From Gracilinanus agilis (lineage: Eukaryota): DNA of 64,000 bases. The stretch is from assembly GCF_016433145.1 (NCBI RefSeq), contig NC_058132.1, positions 656,211,039 to 656,275,038 on the forward strand. The letters run 5' to 3'. Of this stretch, positions 45,000 through 57,244 are shown in pieces; positions within the stretch are counted from its first letter, which is position 1, and each line of letters opens with the position of its first letter. The notes below the pieces were generated by a model. That model saw nothing but the letters and a program-made list of their open reading frames with translations. It did not search any database and was not told where the DNA came from. Position numbers and translations under genes: made by a program.

Positions 45000-46450
45000 G
45001 ATTCTCGGCTCCGGACTCGAGGCGGGTAAGTGGGGTAACGTCTGGCTCAGCTAGGCGCACATATAGCCTCAGGCTTCTCTTTAGAACCGGGACCAGCTCA
45101 GGGAGAGCCAGAAGACAGCAACGGCAGTAGGCTACGGCTGCCGGCTCTTTATAATCCGTAATTCGGGGGTGGTGCAGAATAGAAGGGAGGACAGGGGCGA
45201 ACCCGCAGCCCCACTTTTACTCCCCCCCACACGTGACCCCCACGCCAGCTGTTCCCGCGGCCCCATCGGGCCTGGCTTGCCCCGTCAGGCAGCTTCGGCC
45301 CGTGCTCCCGGGCCACGGCCTCCGATGGACAAAGCGAATCCCCCGCCAGAGAAGAGAGGAAGGAAGCCGAGGTTAACGCCCCTCCCCCACATCCCTCGCC
45401 CTCCACTTCACGTGGCCTAGGCTAAAGACCCTCCTCTCCTCCCCCCCTACCCCGGCCCCTGCTACGGAAGCCGTAGAGGCCACGTGGAAGAGAGTGGGCA
45501 GGAAGCCTCAGAGCGAAAAGAGGTGGGAGGGAGGAAGAGCGAGGAGTCAGTTGGCGCCAGGATGGCTCCATGCGTTTCCGGTCGGACCATGGGGAGAGGG
45601 ACGAGCCCCAGGATGGGGGTTGGGCATCTCCTGGCCTCTGGCCTCCATCCGCCTCCGCCCTCTTCCGACGGTGCACCTCCCAACGCAGAACGCCCGGGCC
45701 CGCGTGCATGGCCCCGCCCCCACTGCGTATGGCGACGTCAGAGGTGATGACGGCGACGTCTCCCTCCGCTAGGCAGTTCCGTCGCCGGCACTAGATTCCT
45801 CCTCCCCCCCTTCCCGCTCCGGAAGTCCCCCCGCCCTCCCCTTCCCGCTGCTAGATCCTGTTCTGGGACTCGCGCTAGTTTCCAGCTGCTCGTGACTCTA
45901 GGAGCAGAACCGGCCCTTTCGGCGCGGGTGGAGCGCGCTCATTGGCTGACTGGCGTCAGTCACAGAGGGCGAGTCGAGTGTGGAATGCTGTGGGTGGGGA
46001 GCGTCCCCAGAGGTCACCTCGCCCTACGACCCCCGTCCCTAAGGAGGCTCTTGCTATCGGTCAGGCCGCGGTCTTTGAACCCCTGTTTTACTTTCCTCCT
46101 CCGCTCTTGCCCGTTGGGGAGGGGCGGTGGGAACCTGGACTCGGCCGAGGCTGGCTCAGGTGCACAAAAATCGAGGTCTTGGCCCAGACTAATGGACTGG
46201 GGTCGGCTCACCTGCATGGGGCCCTGGACACACCAACCTGGGTGGGCAGGCGCAGCCAGACCACGGGCAAATTGGAGAACCGGCCAGATTGAGTCTTGCC
46301 TCTGAAGCATACCAACTACGGGATCCCCAGGACTCCCCGCAACTCGCTTTTAGGAGCGTCCTCCCCCCGGGGTGAAGGCCCCAGCCCCTCGGAGAAACTC
46401 CGGAAAGAAATACAGAGCCTCTAATTCCCCTCTCTGCCCTCCTCCAGCCT
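45000..46450. promoter_or_regulatory. Orphan promoter-like CpG island
   Basis: CpG-dense. Three CACGTG sites (45230, 45409, 45481), a GC box at about 45711, GACGTCA at 45734, ETS CCGGAAGT at 45819, and ATTGG (CCAAT) at 45941. No recognisable ORF. Confidence 0.75.
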
Positions 46451-46744
46451 CTGCTCACTTAGCCTCTTCGGCCTAGATATGGATTTACTCATCCCAAAGT
46501 CTAGGAAAACGAAGGGCTGTTTGGGGGGTGGGGGTGGGCTTATGACCCGGGGTGAAGCCAAGGAGGTCAGCAGGGCCAGATTAGGATTTTGAATGTTTAA
46601 ACTGGAAGCAGCTTTTGCCATTATTTGCTGATCTGGGAGTAGAATGTCTTGCTCCAACTCTAGCTTGTGTTTGCTCCATCGTGCTGTGTGGTTAGACACG
46701 TACTACGGAGACCTTTTTTTAAAACCTTATCTCATGGCCACAAA

Positions 46745-46860
46745 CACTTAGCAGGGTAACCCTGAGCAAGTCACTTAACCCCCATTGCCTAGCCCTTACT
46801 GCTTTTCTGCCTTGGAACCAATACACGTTATTGCTTTTGAGAGATGGGTTTTAAAAAAAA
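46745..46860 (+). mobile_element. 5'-truncated long-tail CORE-SINE
   Basis: ccctgagcaagtcacttaacccccattgcctagcccttac...ggaaccaatacac. Confidence 0.8.
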
Positions 46861-48299
46861 ATCATCTCAGAAAATAATCTGAGAACCTTTGTCAGCCTCT
46901 CAGCGTTTTTTCTCTTCCTGCTTTTGAGTCTGTTTGGCTGTCTCCCACTTCCTCTTTCTTCATGCCTTACTGGAGCATTTAGTTTATTTCCTGTACCTTC
47001 ACCCACCTGTCTGTCTCTTTCTGCCCCGCCCCCAATTCTTTTTCTTTCTTGTCCTGTATGTGAATGTAATATAAATTCGAAAAATATTTAAAGTTTTTAT
47101 GTTTTTTGCCATAGGAACATTTAGATTTAAGTTTTATACTCTTTGTTATTTAAGTAAAAATCAGATAAACAGAACTTCATCCCCAAAATAACTTCTTTTT
47201 CCTTCTGTATGACTTCCAGTGTTTTCCATGCAGTCTCAGCAATAAAATATTCACCAAAAGTCTAAGGAGACTCAATAAGAAATTCTTTCATTATTAAAAA
47301 GAAGAGGGAGAAACTGCTAATGTCTAAACTTAGTAGCCATCAATTAAGATAAACATTCAAAGGAAACATTTACTTCTTTTACTAATTTTTCAACTTAGTA
47401 ACTATAAAAAAATGAAAAAAGAGGCATTTTCTCCTAACAATGGATTACAAAATATATAAATAAGTTCATCAGTCAGATGTTTCCACCCATACAAAGATAG
47501 CATAGAAAAATAGAATAGAATGTGTGAAAGAAAAGCTTTGGGCAGCATTATGTAGAGGGAAGAAAGCTGAATTAAAAGTCAGAGAAATTGGGTTTGACTA
47601 TAGGCTCTCTGATTTTTTCTACATATGGATACCTGAGGGCTAAGTATTCTCATTTATAAAACAAGAGGTTCTTACTCTACACTTATCACCATTATCCTTA
47701 AGGAACTTTAGAGGCCATCCTTTTTTCATTTTACAGATGAAGAAGCTGAAATTCAGGTTAACTGACCTTCTAGGATCATACTGTTAATGAGACAGGATTT
47801 AAGCTCAGATCTTTGGGATTTCAAATCTAGAGACCTACTATACCACACTTCCTCAAAGGAAGATTAAAAAATCATGGAGCAAATAATTCAGGTGCTGTTT
47901 ATTTACAACTAGTAAGACATGCCACAGCAAGTAACAGCTATAACAGGAAGAAGACAACTGACAGAGTATTCACAGGGGACAGCATCCAATAAGGACCCCA
48001 AGAGTCCTCAGGAATTCAGAAGTCTGTTTGCAAATGTTTAGAGGATGAGTAATAAGAAAAAGTGTACTAGAGGTGGTTCTAAAGAGGCAAAAATACAGTC
48101 TCATAGGTGTCAAAAGAGATGTAGCCTGGTATGGGAGAAAAGGAAGATAAAAGGACTGGCTGATTCCTCTATTTAACTTCTCTTGGCCTCAGTTTCTTTC
48201 TGCTACAAAATAGTATTGGATTTGGTGATCGGTATGGTCTACTTTTAAATTCCACGAGGCCCTGAGGGATGTGATATAATAGAGGGACATCCTTTATTT

Positions 48300-48645
48300 A
48301 GGTGAAACAGGTTATGGGGTGGTTAGGTAGCATTGGTGCTCTCCTATGACATGGCACAGTTAGAGGACTTAAGCTCAATATGAAGTCAACAGAGTGATAT
48401 GGCAGGCAGAAAAGCTGATGAGACTTTTTTATGAAATCAGAGTGTCCAGAATGAGGGAGTGAATAGAACGCATTGCCACCTGGTCAGACTATGCCTAGGG
48501 CATTTTGTTCAATTCTGATTGCCACATTCTAGGAAGGAACTTTAGAGGAACATGCCTGAAAGATGGTGATGTGAAGACAGAAGGAACCAAAAATCAGATT
48601 GTCTGAAGGAACTAGAGGTGTCTAACCTAGAGAAGAGTAGATTTC
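48300..48645 (+). mobile_element. CR1/L3 fragment
   Basis: aagctcaatatgaagtcaacagagtgatatggcag; ttttgttcaattctg...cacattctaggaagga. Confidence 0.55.
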
Positions 48646-49369
48646 AAAGATTCCAAACTGCTCTCTCAGGCCAGACCAATGTTTTTCAACTTCTCTCTTG
48701 GCCCAGTTCTTAACTTTCTGGTCTCCCAAACCATGCCTCTACTGCTGTCTCATTCTGAAATTTTTCGATTCCTAGAGGCCTTTTCACACTGGAATATCCT
48801 ACTAATGTGGCAGATTTCTTAGCATGGAATATCCTTTAGCCAGACCTGCCCCACTTTTCCCATTGGTGAATTCTTCCTGGAGCTTCCATTTCATAGAGTG
48901 GGCCAGGCTGGCCTTCATTTCCTTTCCAACCTTGTTCCTCACTTTTTAGATTTCAAAGTTATTCCTTAACATCTTGACCCCACTTTTCAGTTCCTTTTTG
49001 AATGTTGTCTTACTACATTAGAATGTTCATTTCTTGAGGCTATTGCCTTTCTTTTTTAGCACACAGTTCTTGGGACATAATAAATACATAACATTCTTAT
49101 TCCCTCCCTCCTTCCCTCCTTTTCTTCCTTCTTCCCTTCCTCCTCTTTGACAATATGATGAAATCTAAGAATCAGATTTTTTAAATGCACAAAATATATA
49201 ACACTACAAAGGAAATGATGTTAAAATACAGTTATGAAAATCTATTTTAAAGAAAGTTCATTAACTGTAGGTAAAGAATCCCTTTTAGAGAATTGGCTTG
49301 AATCTAAATCTAATAAGATAAAATTAAATAGGGGTAATTATTAAAGTCCTAAAGTGTGTAGGAAAAAAA

Positions 49370-50040
49370 TCTGCCATAAGTAGAAGATGGGGGAGACATT
49401 TATGGATGGCCATCTATCTGAAAAATGATCTGAAGTTTTGCAGTGTGAGTTTGCAGTGTGATGAGGCTTCTGATAATGGGAAAATATCTGGGTCTCCACT
49501 AAAAGAGAATTATTTTGCACAGACGGTATCTAGAGCGTTATGTTCGGTCCTGGGGTCACAGTTAAAGAAGTATATTGGTGAGCTGGAGAGTGACCAGGGA
49601 CAGCAACCAGGATAGCCAAGGGGCCTTGAATCCATAGCATAAGAATTAGCTGAAAGAACTTGGGTGGGGAAACAGTATATTTGGAGAAAATTCAGAGGAC
49701 TGAGGACATAACTATTTTCAGAGATATGAGGAAATGCCATATGGAAGAAAGAGAGCTTAAAATTCTTTTGCTTGACACCACAAAGGCAGAAGCTGTAGAG
49801 AGTCAGTTTAGGTGCCATGGCAGGAGAAACTTCCTAATAACTGGAGCTACTCCACCCCACATTAGGGTGGGCTGCTGGGAGAAGTGGTGGTAGATACTCT
49901 TTCCATGGAGGCCTTCCAGCAGCGATTGATTGGATGGCCATTTTTCAGGTATATGATAGGGGGGATTCCTGTTAGGAATGGATGGGACAAGATGACTCTG
50001 AGATTTCCTCCAACTCTTCCCCTTCTAGAATTCCATGATT
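49370..50040 (+). mobile_element. CR1/L3 3' fragment
   Basis: ggtgagctggagagtgaccagg...ccatggaggccttccagcag...gatgactctgagatttcctccaactct. Confidence 0.7.
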
Positions 50041-50648
50041 TAGGGGGTGTGTGTGAGCTAGAAGTACAGTTCCAGGGAAGAAGTATTAGATTTGTTTGTC
50101 TAAATCCCAGGGGGCAAAACTTGAACCAGCAGTGAAGAAGAATTGCCAGGAAGAAGATTTAGCTGAATATAAGAAAAAACAATTTCAGCCAATTAGAGTG
50201 GTCAGTCTGCTGCTGGGAAATTAGGGAACTCTAGGTCATTAGAACATCTCCATAAACCACTTGTCAGTAAGACTGGGATTAGGAAGGCAGCACTGTTAGG
50301 CCCCTGGAGCAGGAGGAGGCAGCTGCTGCTATTGGCCCTACTAAGGGCAATTCTCTGACTCTGAAACTGCTTGTAGAGACCATTAGAAAGTAGGGAATCC
50401 CCAGAGACACCCACTTGTTCTTAACTTGCCCTTATTGTTCTTGCAAAGTTGATTGGAATGTGGGTAAGCAGGAGAAGCAGGTAAGGCCTCTTCAACACAG
50501 CAGGTAGCCTTTGAATGTCTTTTTTCATGGGTCCTCAGGAAATGAGTTATGCAATGAACTGGGGTATAAGATCCTTGAACTTATAGGCACAGAATACTGC
50601 AACAGGTTGAGCAATACTGATTTTATTTCATAAGGATAGGAATAGCTG

Positions 50649-50702
50649 ATATATATATATATATATATATATGTATTTAGTATATACATATATATATATA
50701 TA
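50649..50702. repeat. (TA)n microsatellite
   Basis: Seen directly. Confidence 0.9.
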
Positions 50703-51344
50703 TTTTTTTTTTAAACAAAACTTTCAGTGCCTTTCCTTTTTCTCTTGAGTACAACTATGTCAAAGGTCAGAAGACCTGGCAGTCAGTGTTCTTGTGACTG
50801 ATAGTAATTTGTTTACATTCTGTAACTATCCATAGAGATCCTAGCTGCTGTAGTTTATCCAGAAAGCTGTTTGAATAGTGGAAGGAACTGCAGGAAGTTC
50901 TGGCTTAAGTTTTGGTGTAGGAGGAATGTTTGCCTGGTCATGGATCCAGCCTACGTAGCACTGTGTTTATAAAGATAAACTGGGGAAAAGCTAGAAGGGA
51001 CTTTTAACAGATGAGGAAAGTCAGGTAAAGAACAGTCATCTGAACTGGCTAAAAGTCCAATTACATGTCTAAGTGTCTGAGCTCTGCCTCCAAAGTCAGT
51101 GTATACCTGCTGCTCATAAAGAAATTCTACCAGTTGAAAGCCATTTGGGTCCACTAGGAGACAAGACTAGAAGTTGGCTTTGCTCCCTCTCCAATCAGGG
51201 AATATACAAAGAAATCTTCAAAAGTGCTTCAATGAATTGTTTCAGGACTGGTTAGGGCACCTATCTCTAGTAACCTGACACATCTAATAAAAATGTGTAG
51301 ATAGCAAAATTACTGCCAGGAAGATCAAAAGGGCTAAAAGGAGG

Positions 51345-51570
51345 AAGGTAGGTAGAGTGGATAGACCACAGGCTATCCTGTGTCAGGAAGACCTGAGTTC
51401 AAATCTGTCCTCAGATACGGTGTGACCCTGGACAAGTCGCTTGACCCTGTTTGCCTCTTTCTTCATCTGTCAAATGAGCTAGAGAAGGAAATGGTAAACC
51501 ACTCTAGCATCTTTGCCAAGAAAACCCAAAAAGGAGTCATGAGGATTTGAACATGACTGAAAATGACTAA
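51345..51570 (+). mobile_element. Mar1-type CORE-SINE
   Basis: Head, CORE, and ggaaatggtaaaccactctagcatctttgccaagaaaaccc tail. Confidence 0.8.
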
Positions 51571-51740
51571 AATGCCTTAATTTCTTCATCTCTATAATGG
51601 AAATAATAATAATAGAATTTACCGGGTTGTTCTAAAATTCAAACGAGGTGATCTTTGTGAAGCAAAACTTTGACATGTTTTTCAAACCTTAAAGTGTTAC
51701 ATAAATGTTAACCATTAGTACAGATGGACTGGCTAGGCTG

Positions 51741-51935
51741 CAGTGATTCCCAAAGTGGGCTCCACCGCCCCCTGGTGGGTGCTGCAGCGATTCCAGGGGA
51801 GTGGTGATGGCCACACTTTTTTTGTATTACATTCTATTCTGAGTTCAATAAATAGTTCCATAATTTCCAGGGGGCGCTAAGTAATATTTTTTTCTGGAAA
51901 GGGGGCGGTAGGCCAAAAAAGTCTGGGAACCACTG
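51741..51935. mobile_element. Non-autonomous hAT MITE (195 bp)
   Basis: TIRs cagtgattcccaaagt / agtctgggaaccactg (13/16 complementary); flanks share ggctag, a degenerate hAT-type TSD. Confidence 0.85.
51765..51778 (-). promoter_or_regulatory. CTCF core motif inside a hAT MITE
   Basis: Minus strand reads CCACCAGGGGGCGG, matching CCASYAGRKGGCRS. Confidence 0.5.
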
Positions 51936-52080
51936 GGCTAGAGAGTCCTGAGGCCTGCTAGCCAGGGCAGCCTTTCTGCTGCAGAGCCCTAATCACTGGT
52001 CCTCCTTTCAGCATAGAGGGTAGGATTCCTTGCGCAGGCCGTAGATACTTGGGTCTATTGGGGTAGGGGTGATCCTAAAC

Positions 52081-52268
52081 TAGGGGTTGGCAACGTATGG
52101 CTCTTTTGAGGGCCAGATATGGCTCTTTCTGCAGGAGCCATAAAGTCCATTTTTTTTTCAGATGTTGTTACAGGAGCGGCACTGTGAGCACTGGACAGCT
52201 CTCACAAAATTACATTTAAAAAATGTGGCGTTTATGGCTCTCACGGCCAAAAAGGTTGCCGACCCCTG
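52081..52268. mobile_element. Second non-autonomous hAT MITE (188 bp), different family
   Basis: TIRs taggggttggcaac / gttgccgacccctg; 8-bp TSD tcctaaac / ctctaaac. Confidence 0.85.
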
Positions 52269-52374
52269 CTCTAAACCTAAGGCAAAGAGGAACAAAATAC
52301 CACTGTTCTTCCTTCTTCCAGGCTACATTTTCTCTCTGTCCTGACCTTCAAGTCTAATACTGCCTTATCACCTA

Positions 52375-53130
52375 GGCAATAAGCATTTATTAAGCACCAA
52401 TTATGTACCTAGAATGGTACTGAGGCTTGTGAGGGGGTGAAAGTGAAGGGAGGAAGGGAGGAGGATAGGATAGGATGGCTGGGAGAAAGGAGAGAGGAAG
52501 GTAGAGGAAGAGAAAGGAAGGGAGGGGTGGGGGAGGAAGGAATTGACCAGAGCCCTCAAATGAATGATCAGAGAGCAACTTTAGGGTTAGAATAGCTAGG
52601 CTTTATTTAGATTAGGAAAGGGAAGGTCTAGGGAAAACTAGGAGGTAGGAAGAAAGGGAAAAAGGTGCCAAGAGAGAGATCAGGGTCTCAGGGTAGAGAG
52701 CAGAGCTTCCAGGGTGGAGAGAGAAAAAGTGCCAAACTTTCTCTTTTATACTTTCCCTGACACCTCCCACAAAGGAAGTGGGAGTTGTCAGGGGAAGTTG
52801 TAACGGAGAGAGTCCTGGGAGTTGTAATCTTCCAGAGCTTACAACAATTTGAAATGACAGGCTGAAGAGGCAAAGAGACAAAAAACAATCTTTGACCTGG
52901 AAGAGCTCCCATTCTAGTAGGGGAAACCAAGGGGTATAAACACTTACTATGTACAAACAGGCATTATTTAGAGTAAACAGGAAAGAATGAAGAGAAGGAA
53001 GGTCCTAGAATTAAGAGAGATTGAGGAAGGCTTCCTGAGGAGGTAAGATTTTAAATGGGACTTGAAAAAAGTCTAAAGAGCCAAAAGGTGGAGCTGACAA
53101 GGGAAGAACTTTCCAGACCAGGGGAACAAC
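52375..53130 (-). mobile_element. L2 3' fragments interrupted by a GA-rich tract and other sequence
   Basis: caataagcatttattaagcacc terminus; L2-like body resumes at about 52880. Confidence 0.5.
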
Positions 53131-55489
53131 CAGACAAAAAAGATTTCTAAGCATTGTCTTCTTCGGAGTTCCGAAACAATGATCCCCTGATAGTAGTCCA
53201 GGTACTTTTTGGAGTGAGTCTATATAGTTTCATTCACCTAAAGGAGCTATGGGAGAGGAAATACCATTCAGTGTTGCAAATCTGGCTAGTCTGCCCCTGA
53301 AGATCTAAGAGAGTGGCCAGGGATAAATGACTAACTTGTCGAAGATCACATAGCTCACTTTCTGAGGGAGGTAGGATTTGGACCTTGGTCTTCTGGACTT
53401 CAAAGGCCTGTCTACTATTCCCCAGCTTTCTCTCCAGTACAGGTCTTGGTATAGTGGAAAGAGCATGTACTTTGAAGCCAGAGGATGTGGGTTCATATTT
53501 GACTACTGGTGCCTGCTCCCTGTGTTAACCTGGAAAAAGTTAGGTCAACTTTCCTCAACCTCTGTTTCCCATCTATTAGGAGGAAGAGATTGGAGTAAAT
53601 GCACTTTAGGGGTCACTAACAGTTTGACTCCTGATTATTTTCCCCATTTTTAGATGAAGAAATCACATCTCAGAGAAGTTAGTGTCTGGCCCATGATCAC
53701 AGAGTTACTAAGTGTCAAGGGCAGAGTATGAGCTCAGAACTTCCCAACTTAAAGGCCAATCCTTTCTCCACTTTGTGCTCTCATTTTGCAGATAAAAATG
53801 AAGGCAAGAAGGGGGAATGGCTACAGAAGGGTCATACCTGGGCAGATCCAGGATTTAACCCAGGTTCCCGGACTCCCAATCCAAAATGACTTCCACTTTG
53901 TCATGTGAATTGAGGTTGTAGTAATAGAAGCAGTATCCAAAGAGAAAGGATGTCCTGTTGTTCTTGGGTTTGGTTAGAACCTCTCTGGAGTCCTAGTATC
54001 AGTCCCGGTGAGCAAACTTTTCTGAAAGTTGTTGCTAAGCCAGGAGTGCTCCTTGAGAAAGGAAACCAGGATGATAAGGGCACCAACAGCTGGACTATCT
54101 GGGGACGGGGCAGTGAGCTGTTGTGGAAGGAATGCTGGATGTGGAGAGAGGCAAGGGCTGGGTTTGAATCCTGTCAAGTGCAAGTCACTTAATGTCTCTG
54201 AGCCTTACAGCCCTCATTTGTAAAATAGAGATTGTACTACCCAGAGCATTTACCTCTCAGGGTTCTGTGAGGCTCAAATGAGATAAAAAAAGCCACACAT
54301 ACACACACATGCATTCTAGTGGGCCACCAAATAGAATGGATTACTATACAAAAGCATCAGGTCTTGGATTATAAATGACAACATTAGAGTCTTTCCTCTG
54401 AGAGTCTCTCATGCAAATGTTAAAATCAAGTAAGATTCCTTAACAGGTACAGGCATAGACAGCACTCTGTTGTGTTCATCAAACTCATTTAGGATATCTA
54501 GTGGAAAGTGTGAATGGAGAGCCATTGCCACCCAAATGTCCTGGACCTAGTAATCTCCAGAGAAAAGTGGAGAAGAGTAGGTGGCCCTGCTTTGAGCTTG
54601 CAGTTGATGGCCAGCCTAGAGTTAATCTGCCTAGGAGATCCTCTCTAGATTTTTTTGGCAGTATCATTTGTATAAATATGAGTCACCAGGAATGAGTCAT
54701 AGTTTTCAGGCCTGACACAACTCAGGAGAGTTTCAGTAACGCCCTGGATTCCTGTTCCAGGGAGAGAGAGAGCCTTCCAAGTCTTCTCTTAATGGTAGGT
54801 TGACGAGGCTCTTCTTGGTACTCCTCAGTAGTGACTCACCCTTTCTTCTAACCAGTACTTGTTGACCTCTTCCCTGAAGTACCTGTGGACCTACATTCAT
54901 GCACTTTGGAGAACAAGATGTTTCATCATCAGAAGACCCAGCCTTACCCTCTAAAGTATAAGCCTTCTGGCTATAAAAATGGTCACTAGACATCCTGCTT
55001 CTCTTCCTTCTTTCTGGGCTATATTCTTTAAACTCTTATATAAGTTAGAATTCCCTCTAAGCTTCCATGTCCATTTCCCCCCTCTCGTTGTTTTCTTAAA
55101 TCCCTTTCATTATTTCAGGAACTTGGATTTTTTTTTTAATAATTTAGAATATTTTTCCAAGGTTACATGATAGGAACTTGGACCTTTTCTACCTTCTTAT
55201 ACATTACATCCCACCTCCACACATATATTCTGTGTTCTATTGACAGCGGCCTCCTTGATGGCCCTCAAACAAGACATTCTCTTTCCCTATTCTACACGTT
55301 TTTATTGACTGTCTCTTACCTGAGATTCCTTTCTCATCTCTACCTCCTACCTTCCCTGACTTCCTCGTAAGTTCCAGCTAAAGGCTGACCTCTACAAAAG
55401 GTCTTTCCCATTCAATATTTTTCGTTTTCTTTCTTTTTTTATTTTTTGTCATCCTCAACACTTAGCATAGTACCTGGCATACTTTATTT

Positions 55490-55800
55490 ATTTTTAAAGC
55501 CTTACCTTCCATCTTAGAGTCAATACTGTGTAGGATGGTAAGGGCTAGGCAATGGGGGTTAAAATCCTTTAATATTATTTCCTACTGTCTCAATATAACC
55601 CCAAAGGACTCACAAAAAGTTAATTAATTTCCCTGGCTAAGTTAAGTGTTTTACTGTCACCCCAAGTATTCCTGTCTCCCCCGATTCCCCTATTTTACTC
55701 ACACAGCTAGGATGTGGCTAAGGCTAGAGATTTGAACCTAGGACCTCCCATCTCTAGGCCTGGCTCTCAATCCACTGAGCTCCCCAGCCTCCCCCCGCCC
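55490..55800 (-). mobile_element. Long-tail CORE-SINE split by a foreign insert of about 139 bp
   Basis: Tail at 55490-55560 and head at 55700-55795 flank non-SINE sequence. Confidence 0.75.
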
Positions 55801-57244
55801 CAGCACATTTTAGAAGCTAAATAAGTACTTGACTTGAAGGAACACAATTCTTGGAAGTGGAAAGTGATGATATTATTATTTGAAGTGAAAAGGAGAGAAA
55901 GGACTTGAAAGGTAATTGTATGAAAGTGTCTTCACAAGGGCCCCAACTCTGTCCACATGCTGAGAGACCTTTTAGAGTTATTCTTATCTAGCAGAAAGTG
56001 GTCAAAAATACAGTTAAACAGGATAAATCCTAACCAAGTAGTAAGTAGCACTTCTGTCTTTTTCTCCATTTTTAAACTCATGAAACAATTTCTCAAAACT
56101 TTAGCTCACACAAGTACCTTCTAAGGGATATTAGCATTTTGTTTTTGTGTTCACACGAGGTCCCCGAGTCCCTTTGGATGGCTAAATAGGCCTCTCCCAG
56201 AGTTCACTGGCATCTCTATTCTTATGGGCCCTTAAAACCCTCTGAACTTGGCTGGTGTGAGCAGCGTTTGCTCTTTTGTTTGCTTCTTGATTCAGATCAT
56301 AAATGGAAGATACTTGGGATGTGATGTACTGAATAAAGTCTTGAATGAATTTGTTAAGCTGGATGCTGAAATTATGTAGCAAGCTTTAACGTTTAGAGAC
56401 TGAGTGATTAAAGAGTTAAGTAATGTAGGTACTTGAGCACTTAATGGCACTTAAAAAAGTTATACATGAAGTCCTAACTGCTGAGGTCCCAGTCCAAACT
56501 CTCAAAGAGCAAAACTGTATATTTATCTGGAAAGTGAGGAACATGTTCAGTCCTTTGGGTGGGCCCCTTAGCTCTGGCCTTCACAGATAAGGGAATCTCA
56601 CAGACTTCAATACAAACAGGGCTGTGAGACCAGGGGTCCATTTCTAGGTAGTATGTGGAAAACTTGGACACAGTGAAACTAACTTCTTTAACTTGTGTGT
56701 CCAAAGAGATGAGATGAGCCTACCTTGCGCTTGGTAGCAGCAAAGGTAGGTCCTCTGATTGTGCTTCAGGAAGGCCATTAGGATGTTCAGGTCTTCCAAC
56801 AGTAGTGATGGGCAGTCAAAGATCTCATGTTGGCATTCCTCCTTCCTGAGTTAATACTCCAATACATTTGTGATCTCACTGAGTGCAGAATTGCCTCCAA
56901 TGATACAAGTCAGGCCAATACGCCTTTTTAAAGTATTTCCTAAGTGCCAGTTACTTTGTTCTGTATAGAGAATATGAAGATAAGAGAAAAACAATCCCTG
57001 TCCTCAAAGAGCTTACATTCTAATTGAGTGAGACATTATTCAAAGGGAATTAAAAATGGTAGGGAGGCATTTGGTGAAGTCCAAGGTGTATGTCCCAAAA
57101 GGAATGACTCTTCCTTCAATGGAACTTTCTGAAAGAATTCAAGCCATGGCTGAGTGAGGTGGGAGGAGAGGCTGCAAGACAAAGGGTACTTCCAGTGTGG
57201 GAAGTCCAGTGGCATGGTAAAGAAAGTCCAGTGAGATGTAGCCA

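Noticed and set aside
45026-45031. Strong plus-strand donor CGG|GTAAGT at the left edge of the orphan island
   Set aside because: It lies upstream of the promoter motifs for a plus-strand transcript, and I found no clear partner acceptor or exon.
50951-51255. Short protein-looking ORFs on both strands, also 54501-54993
   Set aside because: No homology recognised, and only weak splice signals; within chance for 64 kb.
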